From positions 35,960,001-36,024,000 of the forward strand of contig JBITNC010000001.1 of assembly GCA_050084985.1 (NCBI GenBank): a DNA stretch of 64,000 nucleotides, in the 5' to 3' direction. Positions 1 through 11,429 of this stretch are shown here, one piece after another; the stretch's first letter is position 1, and each line of letters starts with the position of its first letter. Made by a program: the position numbers and the translations under genes. The DNA comes from Nageia nagi (lineage: Eukaryota > Plantae > Pinophyta). The notes below the pieces were generated by a model. It worked only from the letters and a program-made list of their open reading frames with translations, searched no databases and was not told the origin of the DNA.

Positions 1-175
1 GCATTCCATCTAGTAAATTCCTAAATTTGAGCTCTTAAGAGGTGTAATCCACCATTACTAAACCACCTTCTTCCATGATTTCATAAACACCTAGTTCATG
101 TGAGAAATACCCTAGCAATATTAGCTAAAAAGCATCAACATTACCCTTTATCGACTCATGAAATTGAAATAATAT

Positions 176-520
176 TTTAGGGTTTTAGTATAGGATATAA
201 TTTTCTAAGTTTTAAGAGGGACTATTTAAGGTTTAGGTTTCCAACTAGAATATTTTACATAGTATTTTATTTAGGGTATGGTTAGGTAGGTATTAGAATA
301 TCAGGTAATAATATTAGGTTGGTCATGTGGTTAGAGTAATAGGTGCTAACATTAGGTTATAGTATTTAAGTTAAATCCCACTAACATAATCAAACACTAA
401 CATTAGGTGAAGTTAAGTCTAGGTTAGATTAACATTTAACTAGGTCATTAACCCCCTTAAGTTATTCCACTAACCTTAGGTTAGATTTTAACCAATTAGG
501 TTAGGTTGCTAACCTTTAAA
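176..520. repeat. Degenerate TTAGG(T)/TTTAGGG-like simple repeat tract
   Basis: Many scattered TTAGG, TTAGGT and TTTAGGG words plus reverse CTAAC/TAACC words (tttagggtttt at ~176, tttagggt at ~271, ttaggttaggtt near 496). Not a perfect array. Confidence 0.45.
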
Positions 521-924
521 ATCTAACAACATCCCATAATGATAAAAATGCAAAGGAATAATTCTAAAACTAAGATCTTAATAGATTATGATTTTGGGCT
601 TACCCCAAACTCATAATCCTTGATCCTGCCTAAGGTTAATAAGAAAATGTATTGATAAAATTCCCATATACCTACTATAAGATTATATTTACATCATAAA
701 AATATGAAAATGATAAGGCTTTATCATGCACAAAAACCTTGCCATCTCATAATATTGCCAAAATGCAAGTGTTCATAAATGAACACAAGGAAAATATCCC
801 ATAGGGTTGCAACCTCAAGGAGTGGTCCATCACAAAAATATCATAGACAAAATATGAGTCAATCAACTAGCATTGATTAGTAATAAGACCATTCTCAAGA
901 TTTAAAAGTTAGTAAAATTCTATT

Positions 925-1102
925 TAATAATAACATTTTTTGAAAAAAATGAAATTAAATATGATTTTCTTTCTACCTAAAAGCATGAACCATGTCATTA
1001 TGAAAGAATTTTTAGATATTGCAATACTTTGCATCAATAATAATTTCCACAAGAATATTATCCATCTTTGAAATGATGGAATCACTTTTTATCCCTTAAA
1101 AA
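925..1102 (-). pseudogene. DYW-domain C-terminus and 3' flank of a PPR-DYW gene (fragment)
   Basis: Minus strand 1102-1034 reads FLRDKK*FHHFKDG*YSCGNYY*, matching the canonical RD..RFHHFKDGxCSCGDYW* tail; the internal stops fit CGA>TGA and CAA>TAA. The downstream ~110 bp is shared with 6850-6947 and 7065-7168. Confidence 0.85.
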
Positions 1103-1380
1103 TCTCATCATCCTTCCATAATTATGTAGTGCATGAAACTTTTTTTTCATCATATATTTAAAAGCCTCATAAGCCATACTTTTCACTTATATCACTAAAG
1201 AATTATAATAATCAAATCTAGATAATAATATTTAGTAATTAAGTATAAAAAACATGATTTAATTCCACCAAAAACTTCTTGGTATTTTATCCATAGATAT
1301 TACCAAATCTACATTAACTTATAAAGAAATTACTACATATAATTTGGGCCCTTACAACAGATGTAAATATAAGCATAATA

Positions 1381-2108
1381 TGTTATAATCAAAATAATAA
1401 TTATTTAGGTTATTTATAGAATAATTATATTCTTTAATTAACTAATAAAAATAAGAAATTGATGATATGAAAGATGAAAATAACTTACTTAACCTTAACC
1501 TATCAAAATTGTATTAATTGAAGACACAAACCTATGCTTTACTTGTGATGATGAATGAAGGCAAAATTTGATTGAAAGAGGATGAATGATGAGCTTTCCC
1601 AAAACATGGAGACCACTAATCCATTCTCAACCCAGTGATGATGCTAGAAAACCAAAAATAGTGCTTGATTACTATTTCAAAATGCCTTACCCTTTTACTC
1701 GATGTCATCATCCCAATTTTGATGCATAGAATCTTACTAGTGAAGGGATGAAAGATTATAGGAATACAAAGCTTAGAGTATAACAACATTTAGAGATGAT
1801 AGGTGATGTTAAGAAACGTAGATCAAGATTTACACAAGTGTATTATGACATATTAAGGATTTAGTTTTATATCATGTCATATCATATCTTTGATCATGCA
1901 TAACCCCTCCACCTTTATAAGCAACAAGTCTAGTGCTAAGGCTCCTCATTAGGCTTATTATGATGTCAAACAGACCAATTATCACAAAATATAAAAGTAT
2001 ATGAGAGTGCACATGTAAAAGAGTATGTATTTAATAAATTAAATAAATCATTTCAAATATATAAAAATGTATTTAAATTAAATCAAAATTTCTTTTTAGG
2101 TGTTAACA
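1381..2108 (-). repeat. 3' LTR of element 1381-6533
   Basis: TGTTATAATC...GGTGTTAACA; direct repeat of 5808-6533 at roughly 80-90% identity by eye, mostly transitions; adjacent to the PPT. Confidence 0.9.
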
Positions 2109-4399
2109 GATTCCCCACTTTAATGCTTTTGAGATAAAAGAAAATTAAAGTATGAATCCAAAGTATAACAAGATAAGTACAAAAATACTCAAAAATATGT
2201 CTTAGTGGACATTTTGGATGCCTAGTTTTTTTTCTTATATTATGTGCCCTCTCTGACTTGGCTATGACATGATGGAACTCTCATCATAAGAATAATCAAA
2301 GGAAAAGAAAAAGGTATCTAGAAAAAGAGCTTAGAGAAAAGCTATTTTTGCATAATATATCTAAATATAAACATTAAACACCATGATATAGAAAGTATGA
2401 TAAGAAAAGAAATATTTCCTTAGTTACTTACCCACCAAGATGAAAAACATGATAAATAATTTAGATTGATCAATTTGGTTTCCCAAGCCACCTTGTTGCC
2501 ATGGATTTTGATATGAATAGTCCTTCTTTATAAGGGAACCAAATGATAAGATTGATCCTTTCCTAAAAAATGAATAAAATGATAAGAGTGCCCCTCCCTT
2601 ATAGAGGAAGCCAATGATAAGAGCAATATCATGATATGAAAAGTATTTTGAATATATTATCAAATTTTATATGATAAATATCATTTAACAAATAAGAGCA
2701 CTCAGTTAGAATCAAGAAATGGCAATAAATGTATGATAAACAATATGATGTATTAAACATTTTAATGATATGTTTTACAAGCATGATAAATAATGCATAA
2801 TAAGTATAATATGATAAGCATGATATGATAAAGATAGCATTATATTACATGTTTAGCATATATTTTTCAATTGTATTTATTTGCCAAACTTAGCTTCCAA
2901 TCATGAAAAACACCATAAGATACATAAATCATTTAAAAACAATCATGATAATATATGTTAATAAATAATGATAATGAATGTCAATCATTTAAATCAGAAA
3001 TGTAATGTATGATAAAGATACTCAATTATAGAAAATGAATGCTCTTTTTCACATTTTTATTGATTATAGAAGATCAAAGTTTTTGAATAATGACTTTAAG
3101 AAAGAAATGAATTACCTTTTAAATACACACCATGATGGGTAAAACTCTTTTTTTATGAAAATGTATGATCTTTGTATTTTTAATGCAATGGCATCACCTA
3201 GAATACAACAGTGTTGTTGGAATCATGCTTGATTTTCCTAAAAACTTAATTGCAAGAAATATAGAAATGCATACATATAGAAAAAATAATTAAACATAGA
3301 ATATATTTACATGCATAACATTTATTTTGATGTATATATATCATAGCAAAAGTTTTAGCTCATCACATCATAGATTATTGCATAACTATCAATCTATATG
3401 GATCATTAAAATTAGTTAAGCATAAGGATTAATATGAAGAATAAACTTGAAAGATCATCATAAAAGAGAATCATCATGGTACTTATTGGTGCAAGTACCC
3501 AAAGGATGAAAATAAACTAAAAGAATCATCAAATAGTTATTTCCCCAAGTACCCCAGGAAGGATAATCAAATGAATTACAAAGATAAAGTTAGAGAAAAA
3601 TACCTAAACTTACTTTCAAATTGGGGGATTATTTTTCCTCCAAGAATTAGACAAGAGCATAAATATCCTTAAATACAAGAATAACATGTTTACCTTTTTA
3701 TTTACAATTTGAACCTACCATAGAAATATATATATAAAATTATCTTTATTTATTGCATAATTTATCCTTTTCTTATTGTTGTTCAACCTTCACTTTATCC
3801 TCTTATTACACTTTAACTTCTTGGGACACTCAAAAAATGTTGCAATTGATTCTATTAGTTTTTACTCACAATTTTTACTCATATCCATGTATAAGACCTC
3901 TTGAAATTTTTTGTTTCAAGATTTTCTTCACTAATGGAGCGACATTGCTGAGGTCCCTCCACTTATGAGTGGCATTGCTAAGTTTCTTCTAAACAAGGCA
4001 TACTGCCAAACTTCCCAAATTATAATATCTTCCATTTCACCTACCCCCAAGCTTGTATTAATATTTATGACTTATTATTATTCTTTTTGCTCAACTAATT
4101 CTTCTATTTCTATCTCATGTTCCTTATTGGTACCTCATTAACTTCAATACTATCTTTTATCTATAGTTGGATCATTTTAGAAAATTCATCTACTAAAATA
4201 TGAGGGTATATATTTGTATTATTGAGAGTCTATAAGTAATATTCTATATGCATGGGAGATATTTATATCAACTTGAACACACTTATTTCATCTAAATCAA
4301 ATTTTGAATATGATATTGTTGAGTGGCTTTCTTAAGGTATAGTAGCACTTATATTATTAACTTGCAAATCATATTCACTAGATTCATAATAATCCTTAC

Positions 4400-5470
4400 T
4401 ATCATTTGGATCATAGCTGATTTTACCATTATCAATGAGTTTTTACAAATTCTTCCTCAATGCAATACAACCATTATTCCTATGTCCTTTAACTTGATGT
4501 TAAAGACAATAAACATTTTCATTATACCATTTTGGATTTGGATCATTTTCTACTACCTCTTGTATTGGATGTGGCTCAATCAAACCTCATTGTAAACAAT
4601 CTTCATACATGATCTTAGGAGGGAGAGGGAGTATTAAATATTCTTTTTTCTTATTACCTTTTGGATCATCATTTCTCAATTTATGATCTTCTTTAGCTTC
4701 TTAGATATGTTTATCTTCTTTCTTTTATATGTCTTTTTCTAATATTTTGATAAATTATCATATTTTAGCTTTCCAATTTCCACCATACACTCTTCTTTTG
4801 ATTCAACTTATGAATAATGTTAGAAAAATAAAAATCCATATAATCCATAGCTATAAACCTTAATTCAGGGTGAATATTATCAACAAATGTTACTTTTACA
4901 AGTGCTTCTAACAAAGGGTCCTTAATCATACTCTATTTTTTTTTTAAATATTTGAGAAAACTTTTCTAATATCTCATTTTATCTATTATTAGTATTTATT
5001 AAATTAAAAAAAATTACTTATATATGGGCTTGATACTTAAAATGCATATAAAATTCTGAGATAAGGTGTGTAAAATAATTAATAGATTCAGTGAGTAAAG
5101 AGAAGTACTAATTTAAAGCATCACCTTGTAGAGTAGTTGGAAAATACTTGGCCATTAAATTATCATTTTCTCCAAACCATAATTTAAACTTCATCTCAAA
5201 AGCCTTAACATGTTCCATAGGGTCTTATTCTCTAGAATATGTATCAAACTCTAGTTGTACTTGAAGGTTGGGTACCTTAGTGTTGCAAATTTCATCACAT
5301 AATGTATTGGAATCCCTAGAAATAGGAGGATTACCTCCAATAGATTGATTGTTATCCCCAATGTTGTAGTCTTCACTTCTATATTCATTTTTGTAAAGCA
5401 TACTCTTGAAATTAGCTTTGGTTATCTCATCAAAGCTATTGACCATTGTAAGAAATTAAGCAGATACCAT
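4400..5470 (-). pseudogene. Degenerate gag (retrotrans_gag plus CxxHxxxxHxxxxC motif)
   Basis: ORF 5225-5446 continues past its stop as DPMEHVKAFEMKFKLWFGENDNLMAKYFPTTLQGDALN*YFSL, and later KWYNENVYCL*HQVKGHRNNGC. Homologous to the gag at 43080-44130 and 55927-56990. Confidence 0.85.
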
Positions 5471-5807
5471 TTCTAAAATACTTGAAATGTAATATTGGTT
5501 CTATCCAAAAACCCTAGGGCTTTTTAATCCTTGAAAAATTACAAAAATTTACCAATTATATTTATCTATGGTTTGGAAAAAAATTTGCAATGCTATATCT
5601 CACCAAATTGACCAAAATGAGATTCAAAATTTAGGATTTTCTTCAAAAATCAAATTCAACTAAAATAAATATTTTTCAAATCCAATAATTTTTAAGCAAC
5701 AAAAATTTAAAGAATCATCACAACCAAAGAAAAATGAAAATTAGGGTTTTCAATAAAAGACTCCATAGAAAAATGCAATGTATCAAAGAAAAACTATGTT
5801 CACCAAT

Positions 5808-6533
5808 TGTTATAATCAAAATAATAATTATTGGGGTTATTTACAAAATAATTAAATTCTCTAGTTAACTATGAAAAATAAGAAATTGATGATATGAAAG
5901 ATGATAATAGCCTACTTGACCTTAACCTATCAAAACTATATTATTAGAATATACAAACCTATGCTTTATCTATGATGATGAGCAAGCCAAAATTTGATCA
6001 AAAGAGAATGAATGATAAGCTTCCTTAAGATATGAAGCCACCAATCCAACCTCAACCTAGCTATGATGCTAGAAACCCAATGATAGTGCTCAGTTACCAT
6101 TTTATAATACCTCACACTTTTGCTCAATATCATCATCCCACCTTCAATGCATAAAATCTTGCTCACAAAGGGTTGAAATATCACAAAAAATGCAAAGCTC
6201 AAATTATAAAAAAATCTAGAGATGATAGATGGCATTAAGAAACACCAATCAAGATTGATACAAGTATATTACCACCTATCAAAGATTCAAGATTAGTCAT
6301 GTCATGTCATATCTTTGATCATGCATAACCCCTCCACCTTTATAGGTAATAGGTCTAATGCTAATGCTCTTCCTTAGGCTTATTATTATTTTGAGCTAAC
6401 CTATTACCATAAAATATAAAGGTAGATGAGAGTGAACATGGAAAAGAACATTTATTTAATAAATTAAATAAATCATTTCAAATATATAAAAAAATATTTT
6501 AATTAAATTAAAATTCATTTTTAGGTGTTAACA
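5808..6533 (-). repeat. 5' LTR of element 1381-6533
   Basis: TG...CA termini, adjacent to the PBS; homologous to 44231-44974 and to the reverse complement of 55126-55818. Confidence 0.9.
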
Positions 6534-6589
6534 TAATATAATAGAATGAATCAAAACAAAATGACTACTCAAAATGATAAAGGAAAGAG

Positions 6590-6842
6590 AAAGTCCAATA
6601 AAAACATATATACTTTTATCAATTTCAATCCAGCTATATCCAAGTATCTTCTTGATTCTTCTATCTTTCATCAATGTTCTTACTCTTTGAACATCATCTT
6701 AGCTATCCCTTTAATATAAATATTTAAAAGAAGAAAAAAATATGGAGGAAATTTAGGTACAAAAAAAGGATTGTTGCCACAAATTCCCCTATTCTTACAT
6801 TCTTATGTGATCTATAAGCACCAGGAAAACACATCCATACAT
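6590..6842 (-). pseudogene. PPR E1/E2/PG-box (E+) domain remnant
   Basis: Minus strand reads VWMCFPGAYRSHKNVRIGEFVATILF...LLNIY...DDVQRVRTLMKDRRIKKILGYSWIEIDKSIYVF, matching W..LLGACR.H / LLSNIY / M+DRGIKK.PGCSWIE. Confidence 0.85.
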
Positions 6843-6849
6843 TTAATAA

Positions 6850-6977
6850 TCCTTTTTAAAAAAATGAAATGAAACATATTTTCTTTCTACCTTAAAATAA
6901 TACACCATATCATTATGTAGACTCTTTAGATATTGCATTACTTTACATTAATAATGATCTCTAAAATAACATTCTCC
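6850..6977 (-). pseudogene. Second DYW-tail and 3' flank fragment
   Basis: Minus strand 6977-6948 reads GECYFRDHY*, a decayed GxCSCGDYW*, followed by the same 3' flank as 925-1033. Confidence 0.65.
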
Positions 6978-7064
6978 TACATCAATATACAAAGGCTATT
7001 ACATTCAATTAAATTTTTTATATTAATAATCAATGACATTGTCTACTTATATAAAATTTTACTA

Positions 7065-7183
7065 ATAACACTTTTTTAAAAAAATGAAATGAAACATAGT
7101 TTCCTTTCTACTTGAAAATATGCACCATGTAATTGTGCAAGAATATTTAGATATAACATTACTTTGCATCACCAATAATCTCA
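7065..7183 (-). pseudogene. Third DYW-tail and 3' flank fragment
   Basis: Minus strand 7180-7169 is GAT TAT TGG TGA (D-Y-W-stop), followed by the shared 3' flank. Confidence 0.75.
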
Positions 7184-7364
7184 ATTACCTTAAGAGTAAA
7201 ACGACTTGATCATCATAATAAAATACAAATGGATAACTTAAAACTACATCCCCTTATACTTCCTCTTGAATTCTAGATTGGTCTTAATAATATCCTACTT
7301 ACAAATGAAAGAGGGTGATTATTATATATTTGGGATGGAAAAAATTATGTTTGGCATTAGTAAT

Positions 7365-8105
7365 AATAATCTCCATATCTTCTTCTATAGATCCCATGGT
7401 GGTACATCCTAGAAGAATGTCAAGAAAAGGTTGCAAAAGAGTTTAGCTTTATCCCTAACAATTGTATCTTCTTAAAATTCTCTAGAGCCTTTATAAAATA
7501 CATTTTTGTTCATATCTTATGATCATTGCAATATTTTAAACTTTGGCAATGAAGACCCTAAAAAACTATCTTGCAACAAGTTGATTCTAGACCATCATTA
7601 ACTCCAATCCACTTCCATAATTTATTTGGGATCATCTTCATCAAGTTTAATCATTTGATATATATAGAAACCATTATGAAACTATGAAACCCTAGTTGAA
7701 TCATGTGAATGGCATTACTTCTCTTTTGGTTGCAAATTGTAAGAGTCTTATTTAGTGGATAATATGTGAATTCTAAAGATGTAAAACTTCATAGAGCTAG
7801 CGAATAGAAGGAATTAATCTCCTTAAATACTATAGCATAAAATATGCTAAATCTTTATTTCCCAATATAATATAAAAATAAGAACTCTTATATGACCTTG
7901 ATATCCAAGAGGAAGTGTTAGTAATATAAAGTAGTAAAAAATGAAACTTATTATTTAAATACTCTTAAAAATATAAAGTAATAATAAATATTGCATTTAT
8001 CATCTAATTAGGTTAGCTATTATAATAAAATATGTAATTGATCTACTAAAGCATCCTTTTCTAATAGTATTATTTTATCATAATTAGACTATTTTTATGC
8101 CTCAT
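7365..8105 (-). pseudogene. PPR gene 5' region joined to a P/L-motif remnant
   Basis: 7535-7365 reads AMIIRYEQ..KALENFKKIQLLGIKLNS..FLDILLGCTTMGSIEEDMEI (compare AMIAGYAQNG..KALE.F.QMQ..G+KPNS.TF.SILPACA.MG.LE.GM.IH). 7590-8105 is a dispersed direct repeat of 14570-15092; its assignment as N-terminus/upstream region is inferred. Confidence 0.7.
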
Positions 8106-8899
8106 AATTCCTCCACACTTAAATTCTTACTACTCCTATAATACGCTTAATTGCCTTCTATAACTTTGTAGGGTACTTCCAAAATTATATGGGCTTCACA
8201 TATGCTCATACATTGGATCATTACCTTTTTTGGAAAATCAATTGATGATGCATTATCTTGATTTCAATCCATAATTGTCTCATGAATTTAAACTCCTTTT
8301 TCTACCAAGTGCACTAAATGTTTTTTTTTATGAATGGTCTTTGGAATAAAAACATCAAAAATTAGCTCTTCATTCACTTGGATTTTTGCTTCTTTATCCT
8401 ACTATAAGATGCAATAGCATAGATGAACTCCAAATGTATACTCTTATCAAACTATTCTTGTACAATCATGTGTTTGAATACCTATGTAAATAAGTCATTT
8501 CTATATATGTTCTAGAATATTTATGACTACCAAGTTATATTTATTTTGCTTCTCATGGGAATGAACAATCTTGTCTTACATTATAATTAGCTTCAAGCTA
8601 GTTTGTAACTTTATATCTCAACAAAGATGTTGTTCAGTATGTGCCTAATAAAATACATAAAAGTAACAAAAGGGTAAGTGCAGAGTAGTAAAAGTGTAGG
8701 AAAATTATTTTAGAAGCATGATAGGCTATTATTAAGAAAATTATAGCTTAGCAATGTTGTAATATTGTTGAAATGCAATCAAATGATATTCAAAATATTA
8801 TGAATAAATCAAGATTGCAACCTTGTCCAAAGAACCTCAAGGAATGGAAAAGCATGTTGATGCAAGAAAAATCATTTGTAGAGGAGGAAATTAGGATGG

Positions 8900-10473
8900 T
8901 ACTAGAGCTTGAATTCTCTAATTATGAGGTTAGTATTTTGATTTTGGAAAGCATAACAAAAAAGTAAGAGGAGGGGCTAAGACAATCCCTTATGGGGGTA
9001 TGAGCCCCTCTAGATATGATTTGAAGTTAGCTAAAAGAAATATGGAGTACAAAAGGATGAGTATCCTTAGTTTCTCTTATAAGATAATTTTTGTTATTCA
9101 AGTTTTAGTTTGATGAATATTTGCAAAAAGTGATAGATATGGGTCCATGGTTTCTTTGGAAGAAAGGATTAGTTATCAAGCAATGGGGGAAAACTTTCTC
9201 TCCTAAAAGAAAAAATTTTAACTTCATTCCAACATAACTTTCTCTCCTAAAAGAAAAAATTTCAACTTCATTCCAACATGGGTCTCACTACTTGGACTTC
9301 ACCCATTTTGTTGGCACCCATGTGTAATAGCCATAATTGCAAAAGTAATGAGATCCCTTGTCATAATTGAGTAATCAACAAGATTGAAAATTAAGTTTAT
9401 AGATGGAAGATTTGTGGTTAATTTAGATATTTTCAAACCTATTATGAAGGAGATAAAATTAAAAATAAATTATGGAAGAGAATGGATGCAACCAATTGTA
9501 TATGAAAATATACCAGTACAATGTCAAATTTGTAAGATTTATGAGCAGTATGCAAAGGATTTCCTAAAAACGAAGAGGAGGGATGAAGAAAGAAGAGAAA
9601 AGGAAAAAAATTAAAAGGAGTCTCAATATAAATAGAAAAAGCATGGGTGCAAATTATTTCAAAAAAAAAATAGGAAAAATTAAAATAATATAACTGAAAC
9701 ATAAACAAAATGAACCATGTCAAAAAAATAGTCAACTTCAAAAGAACTCCAATGGAAGAAATCAAGAACAAAAAATCCCTATGCAATGCTATTAATTTTA
9801 GGAGGAATAGATAGAGAAGAAATGAATTATAATACATATTTTTTTGAATATGAGGCAAAAAATATAGAAGTTATGGAAGGGAAAGATAGAGAAAAAATAA
9901 GGAGAGTGAAAAAAAATTGAGAAATACAGATAGTCAAGCAACAACACAACAAGAAGAAGGAAAAGATGGAATCCCATCAAGAAATATACTAAAGTCTAGA
10001 AAAATAACAAATGTTTAACAAAGACACGTTAGGATACCATACCAAGGAGAGAATAGAGAGAAACTCATTGAACAAGATATAGTGAATAGAAAGTAATTAA
10101 CTCTACATCAAATCAACAAATATCAGCCCACCTTTGGGATGAACAAAGGATTTTGTGAGTAGAATATTCTAGATATAAATAGGTAGTTGGGTTGTATCTC
10201 ATATGTGATTTAGATGTATTTTTATTACATTTTAATGATTTTCTATTAATACAATTTGTATAGTAGGTTGCATTAGGGCTACCAACAAGTTATAGTTAGG
10301 TAGCATCTAAACTTATTTTGTTAATAGTATTTTTGGAAATTTTCTTAGCTACCACTAGGTATAGCTAGGTAGAGGTTTACTATTTTGGAAACCATTTTGT
10401 GACTATTTTTTGTGGGGTCCAAATAAAACCCCTCATCACTTTTGATAATATAATTTATGATCATTATAAAAAA
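8900..10473 (+). mobile_element. Degenerate LINE (L1-type) ORF1 remnant with putative 3' tail
   Basis: DUF4283-like MGPWFLWKKGLVIKQW and IPTWVSLLGLHPFCWH, then zinc-knuckle-like WMQPIVYENIPVQCQICK (ORF 9384-9614) and an E/K-rich tail. A-rich end at ~10465-10473. No ORF2 recognised. Confidence 0.75.
9192..9279 (+). repeat. 44-bp tandem duplication
   Basis: AACTTTCTCTCCTAAAAGAAAAAATTT(T/C)AACTTCATTCCAACAT occurs twice with one mismatch. Confidence 0.95.
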
Positions 10474-10479
10474 ATACAC

Positions 10480-10725
10480 ACAACTGCAATATCAAAATAT
10501 GATACAAGCTAAATTCTATGTGCATTTATACAAACTAATCAAATGATAATAACCATAATGAATTGAATAAAATTCTCACATAATTATATTAATGTGACAT
10601 CTATACCTTTTCCATGGTGGCACATTATAGAAGAATACTAGGAAATGCTATAAGTTTTAGCTTCACACTTGATAAATGTATCTTCTTAAAACTCTATGAA
10701 GCTTTCTTAGCCAAACCATTTTCTT
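10480..10725 (-). pseudogene. PPR P/L-motif remnant
   Basis: Minus strand reads ENGLAKKAS*SFKKIHLSSVKLKLIAFPSILL*CATM, paralogous to 7365-7535 and 15762-15945 (shared CCATGGTGGYACAT...AGAAGAAT core). Confidence 0.7.
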
Positions 10726-11429
10726 TTTCCCTGCACTTATATTCTTACTAATCTTGAAGTAAGGTCAACTTACATACATAATTCTCCAAGAGTTTATTGC
10801 TATTAAAACTACCTTATAAACTTTCTTTCCTTTCCCACCAAGAACACAAGGTTTTATAATCTCCTTTTCTATCCTTATATTTTTTTTAGTAACTAATGAT
10901 AGTAAAGGATTTCTAAAAATCAACTTTTGAGATTATTAATGTTTGAATTTTTTTGAGTTCCAAAGATGATAAAAAAAAGTTTTGTTCATGTTGCCAATCT
11001 AATAAGTAGTAAGGTCAATGCTAAAAAAATATAGAATATGATGAATATAATTTATCTAGATTTGACTACATGAATGTCCATACCCAACAGTGGTCAAGGT
11101 TATAATGGACCAATATATGCAAGAATGTATCAACTCCCAAAAGATTATATTCTTGAATTCAAGGATTATAAATTTGATCCATGTGTTACTCCTTTATATT
11201 TACTAATATTTGAGAAGGTACTACAAACATCAATGCCTATATTTCATCAATTTTTCTTCTTTTAGAGAATATATCTTCATGGCTATAATTAGTTTTAGAA
11301 TAATTGGTTAAAACAACCCTAAATTTACTTATAAATTGGTCTAAAGTAATGAAAATCATCGATTTTATAGGAGTGGTAAATAACTAAAAAAACTTATGAG
11401 AAAATATAGACTTGACTATAATTTGATGC

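Larger units (their letters stand above)
1381..6533 (-). mobile_element. Complete non-autonomous gag-only (TR-GAG-like) Ty3/gypsy Tat-family LTR retrotransposon
   Basis: Two TG...CA LTRs (1381-2108 and 5808-6533). Perfect TSD TAATA at 1376-1380 and 6534-6538. PBS TGGTGAAC (minus, 5794-5805) and PPT AAAGTGGGGAA (minus, 2111-2121). Gag present; no protease, RT or integrase motifs recognised. Confidence 0.9.

Noticed and set aside
1103-1380. Remainder of the DYW catalytic domain (HSE...CxxC) between the E+ block and the tail
   Set aside because: The length is roughly compatible, but only an isolated SEK was seen, at the wrong spacing.
2424-4595. Hydrophobic ORFs from the track (2424-2663, 3753-3968, 4323-4595) as membrane or env proteins
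   Set aside because: They are short AT-bias artefacts; 4323-4595 is antisense to gag.
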